Notes: generated from the letters alone by a model not told the origin. Positions 40,394 through 50,401 are shown, counted from the first letter of the stretch. The stretch is 64,000 nucleotides of DNA from an uncultured Bacteroides sp. (GCA_905203765.1 CAJKXC010000001.1:13916-77915), one strand, 5' to 3'. Program-made: numbers and translations.

Positions 40394-42394
40394 TCAGACT
40401 TTCTGCATCGGTATGCAGAAAAGGAAGCGGGTTCCCTGGGTATATTCCTTATCAATAATGAGGTAACCACCCAACTTCTTGGCAATAATGCGCGAAACGG
40501 ACAGCCCGAGTCCTGTGCCCTGGCTAAAGTCGTTCAGCTTGACAAAGCGTTCGAAAACGTGTTCCTGCTCGGAAACGGGGATGCCTATTCCGGTATCTGT
40601 AACGGTAAAGAGCAACTGCTTCTCCTTCTCTTTCACCTCATAGGCAAGCGTGACGGAGCCTTCTTTGGTGAACTTCGACGCATTGTTCAGCAGATTCTCA
40701 AGCACCTGGACGATATAGCTATGATTGCTGTTGACAACCAGTTCCTCACAGCCCGGTTTGAAGAGTACTTTTACATCCGGGGAGAACAATGCCTCGGTCA
40801 GTTCTATCGAGGACTGGCAACAAGCGTTGATATCCACTGCATAATAGTTGATCTCGATATTGCTCTCCAATGCGGAGATTTCAAGGATATCGCCCACCAG
40901 TTTCAGCAACAGTTTACTGTTGCTCTCTATCAGCCCTACATATTGCTGGAGTTCTTCATTATCCTGCAACATATCTACCAGCACACCGGAGAATCCGACG
41001 ATGGAGTTGAGCGGAGTACGAATCTCGTGGGACATATTCTGAATGAACACTGTTTTCATCCAGTTACTCTGTTCCGCCACTTCCTTGGCTTTGTTCAGTT
41101 CTTCTTTCGCTTCAATGAGGATGCGGTTCTTTTCGTCCAGTTTGTCTTTCGACCGCTGCAGTTTTTCGTTGAGCGTCCGCTGCTTCAACCAGAAGAAGAA
41201 GACAAGGAACAGGATTCCTACAACAGAGAAGAGGATAATCCGGGTATTCTGGAGCTGCTCTTCCTGGGAAATCTTCTCCAACCGAATCTTTTCGGCATTG
41301 AGCTGTTGCAGGTTCAGCATCGTGGCAAACTCGCTGGTCGTGATTTCTTCGTTCTTCTCTTTCTCTTTCTTTTGTTCCTCCAGATATCCGCGATACAACG
41401 CAGCCGCCTCTTCCTTACGGCCCATTTCCCAAAGAATATCCGCCTTCTTCTTCCTTAGTCCCACCAAAGTGGTCAGGCTATTGGTTTTCGTCAGCGCCTC
41501 CTCCTGCTTCTCCAGCAGTGCAAGAGCTTCGGCATAGTTGCCCACTTTCCAGTAATATTCCAGTTCCACGTCATAGAGATAATGCAGATGCCGCCTCAAT
41601 GACGGATCGTTTGCAAACATCTGCCTGCACTCTTCCAATGCCTGATAGGCAGCTATCGCATTATCCTGCGCCAGATAGAGCGAAACGTACACCATCTTTG
41701 CCGTCACCTCGTGATAGGAAGATTTAGAGGCATCAAGCGCTTTTTTCAGCAGTGCAGGCGCTTTCTCCGGTTCGCCCAAGTCGATAAGAATTTTTGCAGC
41801 ATCGCTGTACTGGAAAGTTATATGGTACCTTGTGACACCTCTCTCGAAGAGCTGTATCTCCTTCAACATAAACTCCAGGGATTTTCTCGGCAACCCTTTC
41901 GCAGAATAAATATTGGTCAATGCAGAATAGCATTCGGCAATACTCGCCAAGTTACCCTCCTCTTCAGCCTCCTTCAGCATCTTCTCGGCCTCGAGAAGGG
42001 CTATATTATATTCTCCCTGCATGAGGTAATAATTGACCAACCTGGCAGACCATGCCCAATAGTAAAGTTCGGGGTTCTTGATACGCCGGGCATAGCGCTT
42101 CAAGCGATTCACCCCGGCTATGACGCTGTCCGTGCGGTTCTCGCCCTGCCCGTAATAATAATAATCCAACTTCGCGCCCAAAGCAAATTTAGTCATCACA
42201 GTGTCATTAGCCTTGGCAGCCAAATCCAGCAATGTATCCGATGCTGCCAACACACTGGGGTCAGTGGGGTCATTAAAGTTTCTGTTGTAATAATCGCGCG
42301 CAATTTTAATCAGGGTAGAATCTACCGTTTGCGCATAGATAGTACCTAAAACCAGATGTAAAAAGAGACAGACAAGAAACGTTTTTTTCAGCAT
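40394..42394 (-). CDS. Sensor histidine kinase with periplasmic TPR-like sensor (orphan)
   Basis: Signal peptide, helical repeats, one TM, MSHEIRTPLN, NLLNNASKFT, DTGIGI, GTGLGL; no receiver domain. Confidence 0.92.
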   Translation of the reverse strand: MLKKTFLVCLFLHLVLGTIYAQTVDSTLIKIARDYYNRNFNDPTDPSVLAASDTLLDLAAKANDTVMTKFALGAKLDYYYYGQGENRTDSVIAGVNRLKRYARRIKNPELYYWAWSARLVNYYLMQGEYNIALLEAEKMLKEAEEEGNLASIAECYSALTNIYSAKGLPRKSLEFMLKEIQLFERGVTRYHITFQYSDAAKILIDLGEPEKAPALLKKALDASKSSYHEVTAKMVYVSLYLAQDNAIAAYQALEECRQMFANDPSLRRHLHYLYDVELEYYWKVGNYAEALALLEKQEEALTKTNSLTTLVGLRKKKADILWEMGRKEEAAALYRGYLEEQKKEKEKNEEITTSEFATMLNLQQLNAEKIRLEKISQEEQLQNTRIILFSVVGILFLVFFFWLKQRTLNEKLQRSKDKLDEKNRILIEAKEELNKAKEVAEQSNWMKTVFIQNMSHEIRTPLNSIVGFSGVLVDMLQDNEELQQYVGLIESNSKLLLKLVGDILEISALESNIEINYYAVDINACCQSSIELTEALFSPDVKVLFKPGCEELVVNSNHSYIVQVLENLLNNASKFTKEGSVTLAYEVKEKEKQLLFTVTDTGIGIPVSEQEHVFERFVKLNDFSQGTGLGLSVSRIIAKKLGGYLIIDKEYTQGTRFLFCIPMQKV

Positions 42395-42781
42395 AGAGAC
42401 TTTATTCGTTGTACGTTATAGACTGATAAATATATATTTTATCTCCGAAAAAGAAGAGTGTTCCCCCTTACAGAGTGGTACAATTGACGTTTTTTACCTT
42501 TTTATTATATTAAATAAGTTTAAAGCAGGCGCATCAGAGTGAACAAACAAACTTTTTCGATTTCGCAGCATTCGGAGTTAGCTCATGCAAGGGGAAGAGT
42601 TCGTTTATTATCAATTAATTACAATTAAAGCCGTGCATCCTTCCGGCACCAAAGCTCCAAGGCAAGGCGGAATTTGTATACATATCAGTAATATTGCCCC
42701 AATAAATGCAATAATCCGCCTATTTATCATGCTAAATAGAAAGATATTCCTACTTTTGCACGAAAATCAACGCGTCATTTT

Positions 42782-44014
42782 ATGGTTTTAAATTACATTT
42801 GGGTAGCATTCTTCGTTATAGCTTTCATTGTGGCACTCATCCAACTCCTGTTCATGGGCAACACTGAAATCTTCACGGAGCTTGTCAACTCCACATTTAC
42901 TTCCTCGAAAACAGCATTCGAAATATCTTTGGGACTGACGGGAATACTCGCCCTATGGCTGGGCATCATGAAGATTGGTGAGAAGAGCGGCATGATTAAT
43001 GCCCTGTCCCGCTGGCTGAGTCCTGTGTTCTGCCGCCTCTTTCCCGAAATACCGAAAGGGCACCCGGCTATGGGCTCCATCTTTATGAACCTCTCCGCCA
43101 ATATGCTGGGGCTGGACAATGCAGCCACACCGATGGGTCTGAAAGCCATGAAGGAACTGCAAGAACTGAACCCGCAGAAGGATACCGCCACCAATCCGAT
43201 GGTGATGTTTCTGGTGCTCAATACTTCCGGGCTGATACTGATCCCCATCAGCATCATGATGTACCGTGCACAACTGGGAGCGGCACAGCCTACCGACATC
43301 TTTATTCCGATACTTATCACCACCGCCATCTCCACCGTGGTAGGTGTCATTGCCGTCAGCATTGCCCAGCGCATCAATTTGCTGAACAAACCTATTCTGA
43401 TTCTTATCGGCTGCATCAGCCTCTTCTTCGCCGCCCTCATCTATCTGTTTACACGGATAAGCCGCGAAGAAATGGGCACCTACTCCACGCTGATTGCCAA
43501 CGTGATACTCTTTTCCATCATCCTGCTGTTTATTCTGTGGGGGCTATGGAAGAAGATTAATGTCTACGACGCTTTTATTGAAGGAGCCAAAGAGGGCTTC
43601 ACCACGGCTGTGCGCATCATCCCCTACCTGGTTGCTTTTCTCGTTGGAATCGCGGTTTTCCGTACTTCCGGTGCGATGGATTTGCTGGTAAACGGCATCG
43701 GGCATGTAGTCGGCTTCTTCGGAGTCGATACCAGCTTTGTAGGCGCTTTGCCCACTGCATTGATGAAGTCGTTGAGCGGTAGCGGTGCCAACGGACTGAT
43801 GATTGACACCATGAAGGAATACGGAGTGGACTCCTTCGTGGGTCGTATGAGTTGTGTAGCCCGCGGCGCTTCGGACACTACGTTCTACATCCTTGCCGTC
43901 TATTTCGGCAGTGTAGGCATCACCAAGACGCGCAATGCCGTCACCTGCGGGCTGATAGCCGACCTTGCCGGTATCATTGCCGCTATCATTATCAGTTATA
44001 TATTCTTCTTTTAA
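42782..44014 (+). CDS. SpmA/SpmB fusion (nucleoside-recognition GATE) membrane protein
   Basis: ANMLGLDNAATPMGLKAMKELQ, FIEGAKEG, TTFYILAVYFGSVGI; TACTTTTG at 42751-42758. Confidence 0.9.
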   Translation: MVLNYIWVAFFVIAFIVALIQLLFMGNTEIFTELVNSTFTSSKTAFEISLGLTGILALWLGIMKIGEKSGMINALSRWLSPVFCRLFPEIPKGHPAMGSIFMNLSANMLGLDNAATPMGLKAMKELQELNPQKDTATNPMVMFLVLNTSGLILIPISIMMYRAQLGAAQPTDIFIPILITTAISTVVGVIAVSIAQRINLLNKPILILIGCISLFFAALIYLFTRISREEMGTYSTLIANVILFSIILLFILWGLWKKINVYDAFIEGAKEGFTTAVRIIPYLVAFLVGIAVFRTSGAMDLLVNGIGHVVGFFGVDTSFVGALPTALMKSLSGSGANGLMIDTMKEYGVDSFVGRMSCVARGASDTTFYILAVYFGSVGITKTRNAVTCGLIADLAGIIAAIIISYIFFF

Positions 44015-44033
44015 TTCTTAACCCCTACTCGAT

Positions 44034-44450
44034 ATGGTTTCTTATCAAACGGACGGCGTAGAAATGCCCGCCATCAGCAAACGTGAAACAACAGAATGGA
44101 TTAAATCCGTTGCTGCCACTTACGAGAAAAGAGTCGGTGAAATCGCCTATATCTTCTGCTCGGACGAGAAGATACTCGAAGTAAACCGCCAGTATCTGCA
44201 ACACGATTACTACACCGACATCATCACCTTCGACTACTGCGAAGGCAACCGCCTCAGCGGCGATCTCTTCATCAGTCTCGATACCGTGCGCACCAATGCC
44301 GAGCAGTTTGGCAGCGATTGTGATACGGAACTGCACCGCGTCATCATCCACGGCATCCTGCACCTGTGCGGCATCAACGACAAGGGGCCGGGAGAACGGG
44401 AGATTATGGAAGAGGCGGAAAACAAGGCACTGGCAATGCGAAAATCCTGA
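44034..44450 (+). CDS. ybeY: rRNA maturation endoribonuclease YbeY
   Basis: HDYYTDIITF, GDLFIS, HGILHLCG..D (third His position is Ile, as I recall in Bacteroidetes YbeY). Confidence 0.93.
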   Translation: MVSYQTDGVEMPAISKRETTEWIKSVAATYEKRVGEIAYIFCSDEKILEVNRQYLQHDYYTDIITFDYCEGNRLSGDLFISLDTVRTNAEQFGSDCDTELHRVIIHGILHLCGINDKGPGEREIMEEAENKALAMRKS

Positions 44451-44677
44451 AATAGTCCGTCGGAAATCCCCTTTTGCCTTATTGTTTTTGTCGCTTTGCA
44501 CGATTCTTTTCTTCGTCCCCCAATTGCGAAACGAAATAAAGGATGAAGCATATCCGCATTATGTGCCATGCTTTCGGATATAAACTATGGAGTAAACCGG
44601 TATTTTACAACAATTAACCCTTACGCCACAAAGCGCCTTATGGACTACGAATAAGCAAGTTAACAGGTGAAAACACT

Positions 44678-44717
44678 AAAGGGCGCATAAGGAGTAAATA
44701 ATCCTTATACACCCTTT
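44678..44717. terminator. Hairpin downstream of the C10 protease operon
   Basis: AAAGGGCGCATAAGGA-N-TCCTTATACACCCTTT; ATCCTTATAC is repeated at 44701 and 44721. Confidence 0.6.
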
Positions 44718-44790
44718 CAAATCCTTATACATCCACAACCATCAGTAAATGAATTAATTGCATAGACGGGTGTAGGGTGTAGTAGAAAAG

Positions 44791-45327
44791 CTATTTTTTC
44801 AGTGTGGCGATGACAAGCGGAGCGTACGAGTTAGAAATTTCTACAATCTGTCCCTCTACATCATCTACTGTGATACGGATAAGTTTAGCACTGCCATAAC
44901 CATCATCATACTTCCAATAAGAAATGATAGAATGCTCTTTCTCGTCCCCAAAAATATAGGGACAAACGAGAGTACGCGTCAGCACTTCAGGCTTTTTGTC
45001 ACATTTATACCCATCCCACAGCATATCAAAGATTTCCAAAACGCTATGCCCATCCATGCTACTTACATAGATATAGCGGGGAGCTGTAAAATCATCCTTA
45101 GCATCAGGCTTCACTAATTTATAAGAATAATCCTTCTCCCTCAACATCCTTCTTTCAGAAGGATCTGAATAGGTTCCTATTCCTTCAATCAAATCATTGC
45201 CATGCTCATCAGCAAATGCCAAGTAGTAACCATAGCCGATAGGGGGATAAGAGTCTTCCTTGCTTTCGCAGCCAATAAAAATAAAAGGTAATAAGACACT
45301 TAATAAATAAGAATAAAATGTTCTCAT
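44791..45327 (-). CDS. Hypothetical lipoprotein co-transcribed with the C10 protease
   Basis: Lipobox FIGC then acidic ESKED; 6 bp from the upstream stop; AT-rich. Confidence 0.75.
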   Translation of the reverse strand: MRTFYSYLLSVLLPFIFIGCESKEDSYPPIGYGYYLAFADEHGNDLIEGIGTYSDPSERRMLREKDYSYKLVKPDAKDDFTAPRYIYVSSMDGHSVLEIFDMLWDGYKCDKKPEVLTRTLVCPYIFGDEKEHSIISYWKYDDGYGSAKLIRITVDDVEGQIVEISNSYAPLVIATLKK

Positions 45328-45333
45328 AATACA

Positions 45334-46761
45334 CTAGTTTTGAGGTGTAACATACAAGTTCTCCCTATTATATTGATAATTTCTATCTTCCGTAGCGTTA
45401 ACATCGTTACTAGCAAACCAAGCATTACCTTGTCCATTCCATCCCCAATTCATATAAAGGTAATAGCGACCACTACCAGAAGAACTTTGTGGAGCCCAGT
45501 AAGCAGGTAAGCCACAACTTGAATAACTCGGATTTGTAGAACGGTTTATAAGATATTCAACAAAATAGCTAACAGTATTAGTATAATAATCAACTCCCTC
45601 GCATACCCACGCATGTCCTTTCCATGTAAACCACAAAAATTCTTTTCGATCTCCTGTCATAAACACAGGACGATGTCTATCAAAAATTTCTCTTACAACA
45701 TCATCAATATCATGATCCTTTTTAGTCACAGTATATCCCATAGATTTAAAACCTTTTTCCGTATCACCCATACTTGCACCTGACCCATCTGTTCCATAGT
45801 CCATATGCACGGCTTTACCGACATCTGCAATTAAAGTTTGAGAAGCTAATGTTGCATAATTATTAGCCATATTACCCCAATCATAAGTTTGAGGCCATTC
45901 ATAATACTTCATAATTTGAGCCATAGCAATGGCAACACAACCCGCAAGAGAGTTATTCGGACATAAAGCATTATAATTGTTCTCTTGATCCCATGTTGTA
46001 TTGATAAGAGGACCAACAATTCCTTGAACAGGACTTTTATAACCTACAATTGTAAATTCAAGTGGAGAGCCATAAAGTTCGGCTTTTTGCACATAGCTGT
46101 CATACTCTGATTGAGAAAGAAAAGAACGAGCAGAAGTCAGAGGACCAAAAGAATATCCCGGACACAAGGTATATAATTCACTCATTCGCTGACGGAACAA
46201 TGTCCCATCCCGATAATTATCATCTGTAGCATTAAGGGGAGTAATATTAACTGTGGGCGTTTCATAAGAAATCCACATCCTTCGGAACTCAGCTAGTGTT
46301 TCCTCATCTTGAGAACTACTTTCTTCAATGCATTGTTTTGTCTCATCTGCCCAAATAGAAAACCCAGTTTCCATAGCTTCCCCCATATCTATTGAATTAG
46401 TTTCAGAATAGGCCAAAATCGGATAGTAATTCTTGGTAGCACTTACAATCACAAAACCACCGCCTTCATAGTTAATCACATACATGGATGGCATTTTATC
46501 TTCACCATATACCGTCTTAATAGACTCTATATTTTTAGAACTATCAAATGCTGGGACTCCTCTTGTCTCTGCATCCGACGCTTGTACATTTTGAGCCATA
46601 AATAAACTCGCTACTTCAGAGGCTCGGCTAATTGATACGAAATCTTGATTATCCAAGACATTAGTACAATTTTCATCTTCATGAACCAAAACGGGCTCTA
46701 AGTTACTCTCACTACATGCACTCATTAGTGCAATCAAAACAAAAAATAATAGTTTCCTCAT
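45334..46761 (-). CDS. C10-family (streptopain-like) cysteine protease lipoprotein with prodomain
   Basis: Lipobox MSAC; prodomain YVINY..GGFVIVSA...PILAYS; catalytic AGCVAIAMAQIM, GHAWVCEG, YMNWGW. Confidence 0.93.
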   Translation of the reverse strand: MRKLLFFVLIALMSACSESNLEPVLVHEDENCTNVLDNQDFVSISRASEVASLFMAQNVQASDAETRGVPAFDSSKNIESIKTVYGEDKMPSMYVINYEGGGFVIVSATKNYYPILAYSETNSIDMGEAMETGFSIWADETKQCIEESSSQDEETLAEFRRMWISYETPTVNITPLNATDDNYRDGTLFRQRMSELYTLCPGYSFGPLTSARSFLSQSEYDSYVQKAELYGSPLEFTIVGYKSPVQGIVGPLINTTWDQENNYNALCPNNSLAGCVAIAMAQIMKYYEWPQTYDWGNMANNYATLASQTLIADVGKAVHMDYGTDGSGASMGDTEKGFKSMGYTVTKKDHDIDDVVREIFDRHRPVFMTGDRKEFLWFTWKGHAWVCEGVDYYTNTVSYFVEYLINRSTNPSYSSCGLPAYWAPQSSSGSGRYYLYMNWGWNGQGNAWFASNDVNATEDRNYQYNRENLYVTPQN

Positions 46762-46840
46762 GTTTCACATTATTAGAGGTTAATATGCAATTATGTAAAT
46801 AATAGCAACTTAAATACTAGAGTTGCTCTGTAAAACCTCT

Positions 46841-46874
46841 CTGACGCGATAAGAATACAAAGTTAACGCGTCAG
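46841..46874 (-). promoter_or_regulatory. -7 element of the C10 operon embedded in a 12-bp inverted repeat
   Basis: CTGACGCGATAA-N10-TTAACGCGTCAG; minus-strand TAACTTTG at 46858-46865. Confidence 0.6.
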
Positions 46875-46942
46875 GAATAAATGCTTGGTGGAACAGGTGC
46901 AGATGTCATTCTTACAATTTTAAGGTTAATAGATATACAATG

Positions 46943-46980
46943 AAAAGAAATTCAAAGCAGGTCTTTATAACCTGCTTTGA
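46943..46980 (-). terminator. Intrinsic terminator of galM / the PUL
   Basis: TCAAAGCAGGT-N7-ACCTGCTTTGA followed on the minus strand by ATTTCTTTT. Confidence 0.85.
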
Positions 46981-46994
46981 GATTATAGCTGTTT

Positions 46995-48134
46995 CTACTT
47001 CTTCACCGAGAACCGATAGATGCAATGACTGTCGTACTTCTCCCCCGGTTTCAGCAGAGCCGAAGGCCATTCGGGTTTATTCGGGGAATCGGGGAACTTC
47101 TGGGTTTCCAGGCAGACGGAAGCGCGATAGTTATACACGATGCCTTTCTTTCCGGTCAATGTACCATCGAGGAAGTTACCGGCATAGACTTGGATGCCCG
47201 GTTCGTTGGTATAAACATCGAGGACAATGCCTGTGACGGGAGATTCGAGAGTGGCACACGGACGGGTGATGTCTCCCCCGGTATTGAGTACCCAGTTGTG
47301 GTCGTAGCCCAAACCGTTCTTCAACTGTATAAAGTCATTATTGATGCGGGCACCGACGGCGGTAGGAGTACGGAAATCCATATCCGTGCCTTCTACGGTA
47401 GCAATCTCACCGGTAGTCATGAAGGTGCTGTCTACGGGGGTGTAGGCATCGGCATCGATGGTCAGCAGATAATCGCTGTTTGTCTTGGAAGGGTCACCGT
47501 CCAGGTTGAAGTAAGAGTGATTGGTCATGTTGACAACCGTAGTACGGTCGGTCTCGGCACTGTAACGGATGTCGATAGCATTATCGTCCGTCAGCGAGAA
47601 AGTGACTTTGCAGGTCAGATTACCGGGGAAACCCTCTTCTCCGTCTTTCGACAGATAGGTCAGTTCCAGGACTTGGTCGCTCAACTGCCGACCGTTATAC
47701 ACCTGATACTGGAAACCTCTCGGTCCGCCATGCAGGCAGTGGCCGAAGTTATTCAGCGGCAGCTGGTAGTCCACTCCTTCTATTGTCATCTTGCCGTGGT
47801 TGATGCGATTGGCGTAGCGTCCGATGCTTGCGCCGAAATCGGAAGGATACTTGACGTAGTCCTGAATGGAATCGAAGCCCAACACTACATCACGCATAAC
47901 ACCGTCTTTGTCCGGCACCATCACAGACACGATGCGTCCGCCGAAGTTCGTAATGCAGACTTCCATGCCATTCTTATTCTTTAGCACAAACAAGTCCGTT
48001 TGCTTGCCATCCACTTCCATACGGAAGTTCGCAGGGTTCAGTCCCGAAGCCGTGGCTTCGCCTGCCTGCCTGCTGCCTGTGCAGGCTGATGCCAATAGCA
48101 CCAGTCCTGCTAACAAAGTCATAATTCTGTTCAT
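46995..48134 (-). CDS. galM: Aldose 1-epimerase (galactose mutarotase), lipoprotein
   Basis: GRYANRI, LHGG, EGFPG, NMTNHSYFNL, GYDHNW, CLETQ.FPDSPN; lipobox ASAC. Confidence 0.93.
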   Translation of the reverse strand: MNRIMTLLAGLVLLASACTGSRQAGEATASGLNPANFRMEVDGKQTDLFVLKNKNGMEVCITNFGGRIVSVMVPDKDGVMRDVVLGFDSIQDYVKYPSDFGASIGRYANRINHGKMTIEGVDYQLPLNNFGHCLHGGPRGFQYQVYNGRQLSDQVLELTYLSKDGEEGFPGNLTCKVTFSLTDDNAIDIRYSAETDRTTVVNMTNHSYFNLDGDPSKTNSDYLLTIDADAYTPVDSTFMTTGEIATVEGTDMDFRTPTAVGARINNDFIQLKNGLGYDHNWVLNTGGDITRPCATLESPVTGIVLDVYTNEPGIQVYAGNFLDGTLTGKKGIVYNYRASVCLETQKFPDSPNKPEWPSALLKPGEKYDSHCIYRFSVKK

Positions 48135-48189
48135 TAGTATAATTATTGATTTGAGTTATTGTTTATGCTCATTTTTATTTACAGTGAAA

Positions 48190-48293
48190 AAGGGCGCTAC
48201 TTTTAGCGTGCCGAGTCGCTGACTTTAGAGTGTCGAGTCAGCGACTTGACATCGTAAAGTCAGCGACTCGACGCACTAAAGTCAGCACCCCTT
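48190..48293. repeat. ~105-bp hairpin composed of four 22-bp units
   Basis: TTTAGCGTGCCGAGTCGCTGAC / TTTAGAGTGTCGAGTCAGCGAC / TTGACATCGTAAAGTCAGCGAC / TCGACGCACTAAAGTCAGCACC from 48202; the right half is the reverse complement of the left. Confidence 0.88.
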
Positions 48294-48370
48294 CTACAGA
48301 TATCTGTAGCCGTGTTTTTCTGTTTTCGTAAAAATGAACATTCGGTTTTACTTTCAACGCTACTAAATCA

Positions 48371-50401
48371 TCATTTCTTCAATAAGAAATGTTCGGCACG
48401 TCCCGGAGAGAAGAGCTCCCACAAAGAAGCCACCGTCCAACCCGGAGCGAAGATATTGTTGTAATAGCCTTTTCCGTTGCGTCCGTAGTCCCAGTTGGTG
48501 TGCTGCACTACTTCGGGGTAATAACCTACCTTTGCAATGCCGCACATGTGTCCCTCATAGGGCAGCAACTGGCGCATGGAAGTAGAAATGACTTCGGAAA
48601 ATTCGGAGAAGCGCGGCTCGTTGTACTCCTTGGAAAGCCAGTGCAATACATCGGCAAAGTCGAAGATAAACACGTCAATGTGGTTATTCTCTACCGATAC
48701 ATTTCCCCAGCCGCGGGTCTTCAGGCCTATATCGCCCAGCATCTGTCCCGGAGCAAAGGGAACATCCCAGGTGTAGTACCATGACAGGGCGAAATAAGCC
48801 GCTTTCTTTGCCAGTCCGGCATAGTGTGCGCGCTCTTCCCCTTTCGTGGCAAGAGCCAGATAATAGGCGGCGGTAGCGGCATACAGGGAAGCCTCTTTGT
48901 CCTCACAGTTGGCATCCAGCGTAGAAGAGAAATAATCGGCTTTGGATATCAATTCGTTTTCCAGATACTCCACCGTACGCTTTGCACTTGCCAGATAGCG
49001 TTTATCCTTGAAGTACTTATATCCCATCACCAGCGGCAATGTGGCCGAAGGCGTACTGCCGCCGCTGCCGTCTACGATAGAGAAATCGTCCTTGAACTTG
49101 CGCGGGAAGCTGCCATCCTCGTTCTGAAGGGTGAGGAAAGTATCCAGCATGGTCTTGATGCGCTTCTCCCATTCGGGATGTTTCCGCTTCTGCTGCTTTT
49201 CGTAATTCAGATAGTGCAACACGGCATATACACCTTCTGACTGGCGGCGGATGCTATGGGCCGATTCCTTGAAATTGCGGTTATAATGTACCACCTCATT
49301 GAAGAAGCCTGCCGGAGAGAAACCGTTCTGAAGATAAGTATCGAAGATGCTGTTGGCACTCTCCACCAGTTCCGGGCGGTTCTTTGCCGCTCCGTACTCC
49401 AGCGCATTGAAGGCATTGAGCAACGTACGTCCCACGAAGCCCACTTCGGCAACATCCGTGCTGGCACAGGTAGCTGTCTCCAACTCTACGCCGGAATAGT
49501 AATGGGTAGGCGTATTATCCACATAGCTTTCTACGAAGAAGTTGCTCATTACCTCTTTCATCCTGTCCACCGTATAAGGCGTATCGACGGATTGCGGGCG
49601 GTTGGTATCGTAGGAATACTCCCAGGTACGCTGTACGCATTCCGAGAAATCATTGGCATTCCGTTCGGACAACTCCCAAGTCAGCGAGATGCTGTCTCCC
49701 TTGCGGAGCAACTGGAAAGCCTCAACGGCAGGCGCCAACGTCAATTTGCGGATATACGTCTTGGGAGCTTCCTTATAGGGGAAACCGTATGCAAGAACCG
49801 TCATACCGTCCACATTCTCAAAGCCGGTATAGCCGATGGACGTTTCGCCGGACAAGATTACCTCGCCTTCCTTATGCGTCGTCAAGGCTTCCTTATCGAA
49901 CTTATCGATACGGATTACCGACATCGACTTTCCGAGGGCAGGATTGAAAGCTGCCGTCAGCGGAGTACTCAGGCGGTCTTCGCGCACCAGCCAACTGTCC
50001 GAAGTATGGAATGAAGGCGCTTCCTTGGGCGAACGCAGGTTGCGGCGATACCAGAAGCCGGGCATATAGAACTGGCAATCATCATGCTTGTAGCCGGTCT
50101 TCACTTGCTCCCCGTAGTTGAAATACACGTTCTCCAGCGCCTTGATAACCACTGTGACACGTTGTTTGCCGTCCTTGTCCACTACCTGCCGGGTAATATC
50201 CAGCGGCAACTTCCCGGATGCCTGGCAGCTATACACGCCATCCTGCACCTTCTGAAGAGCCAACGGATACTGCTTGGCATCATTTCCCGGAACTTTCAAA
50301 GAAATGGAAGCCGAAACATCTTCCGGAGCATAATTTGCTGCTCCTACACTCGTAATGCCTGCTAAAAGCATTACTCCTAAAAACAATCTTTTTACTTTCA
50401 T
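48371..50401 (-). CDS. Exported PUL protein of unassigned family; candidate (alpha/alpha)6-barrel glycan-active enzyme
   Basis: Signal peptide from ATG 50401; beta-rich N-half, helical C-half with LQNEDGSFPR, DKRYLASAKR and aromatic/acidic motifs; lies between GH78 and galM. Confidence 0.6.
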   Translation of the reverse strand: MKVKRLFLGVMLLAGITSVGAANYAPEDVSASISLKVPGNDAKQYPLALQKVQDGVYSCQASGKLPLDITRQVVDKDGKQRVTVVIKALENVYFNYGEQVKTGYKHDDCQFYMPGFWYRRNLRSPKEAPSFHTSDSWLVREDRLSTPLTAAFNPALGKSMSVIRIDKFDKEALTTHKEGEVILSGETSIGYTGFENVDGMTVLAYGFPYKEAPKTYIRKLTLAPAVEAFQLLRKGDSISLTWELSERNANDFSECVQRTWEYSYDTNRPQSVDTPYTVDRMKEVMSNFFVESYVDNTPTHYYSGVELETATCASTDVAEVGFVGRTLLNAFNALEYGAAKNRPELVESANSIFDTYLQNGFSPAGFFNEVVHYNRNFKESAHSIRRQSEGVYAVLHYLNYEKQQKRKHPEWEKRIKTMLDTFLTLQNEDGSFPRKFKDDFSIVDGSGGSTPSATLPLVMGYKYFKDKRYLASAKRTVEYLENELISKADYFSSTLDANCEDKEASLYAATAAYYLALATKGEERAHYAGLAKKAAYFALSWYYTWDVPFAPGQMLGDIGLKTRGWGNVSVENNHIDVFIFDFADVLHWLSKEYNEPRFSEFSEVISTSMRQLLPYEGHMCGIAKVGYYPEVVQHTNWDYGRNGKGYYNNIFAPGWTVASLWELFSPGRAEHFLLKK

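Noticed and set aside
42395..42781. Possible ncRNA or repeat remnant in the 390-bp divergent gap, and a 68-aa ORF
   Set aside because: No convincing stem, terminator or repeat that I can support by eye; an Rfam/Infernal search is needed.
44451..44677. Possible gene remnant or attachment site at the islet boundary
   Set aside because: Only a short ATATCCG...CGGATAT dyad; no tRNA, integrase or direct repeat matching the other islet end was found.
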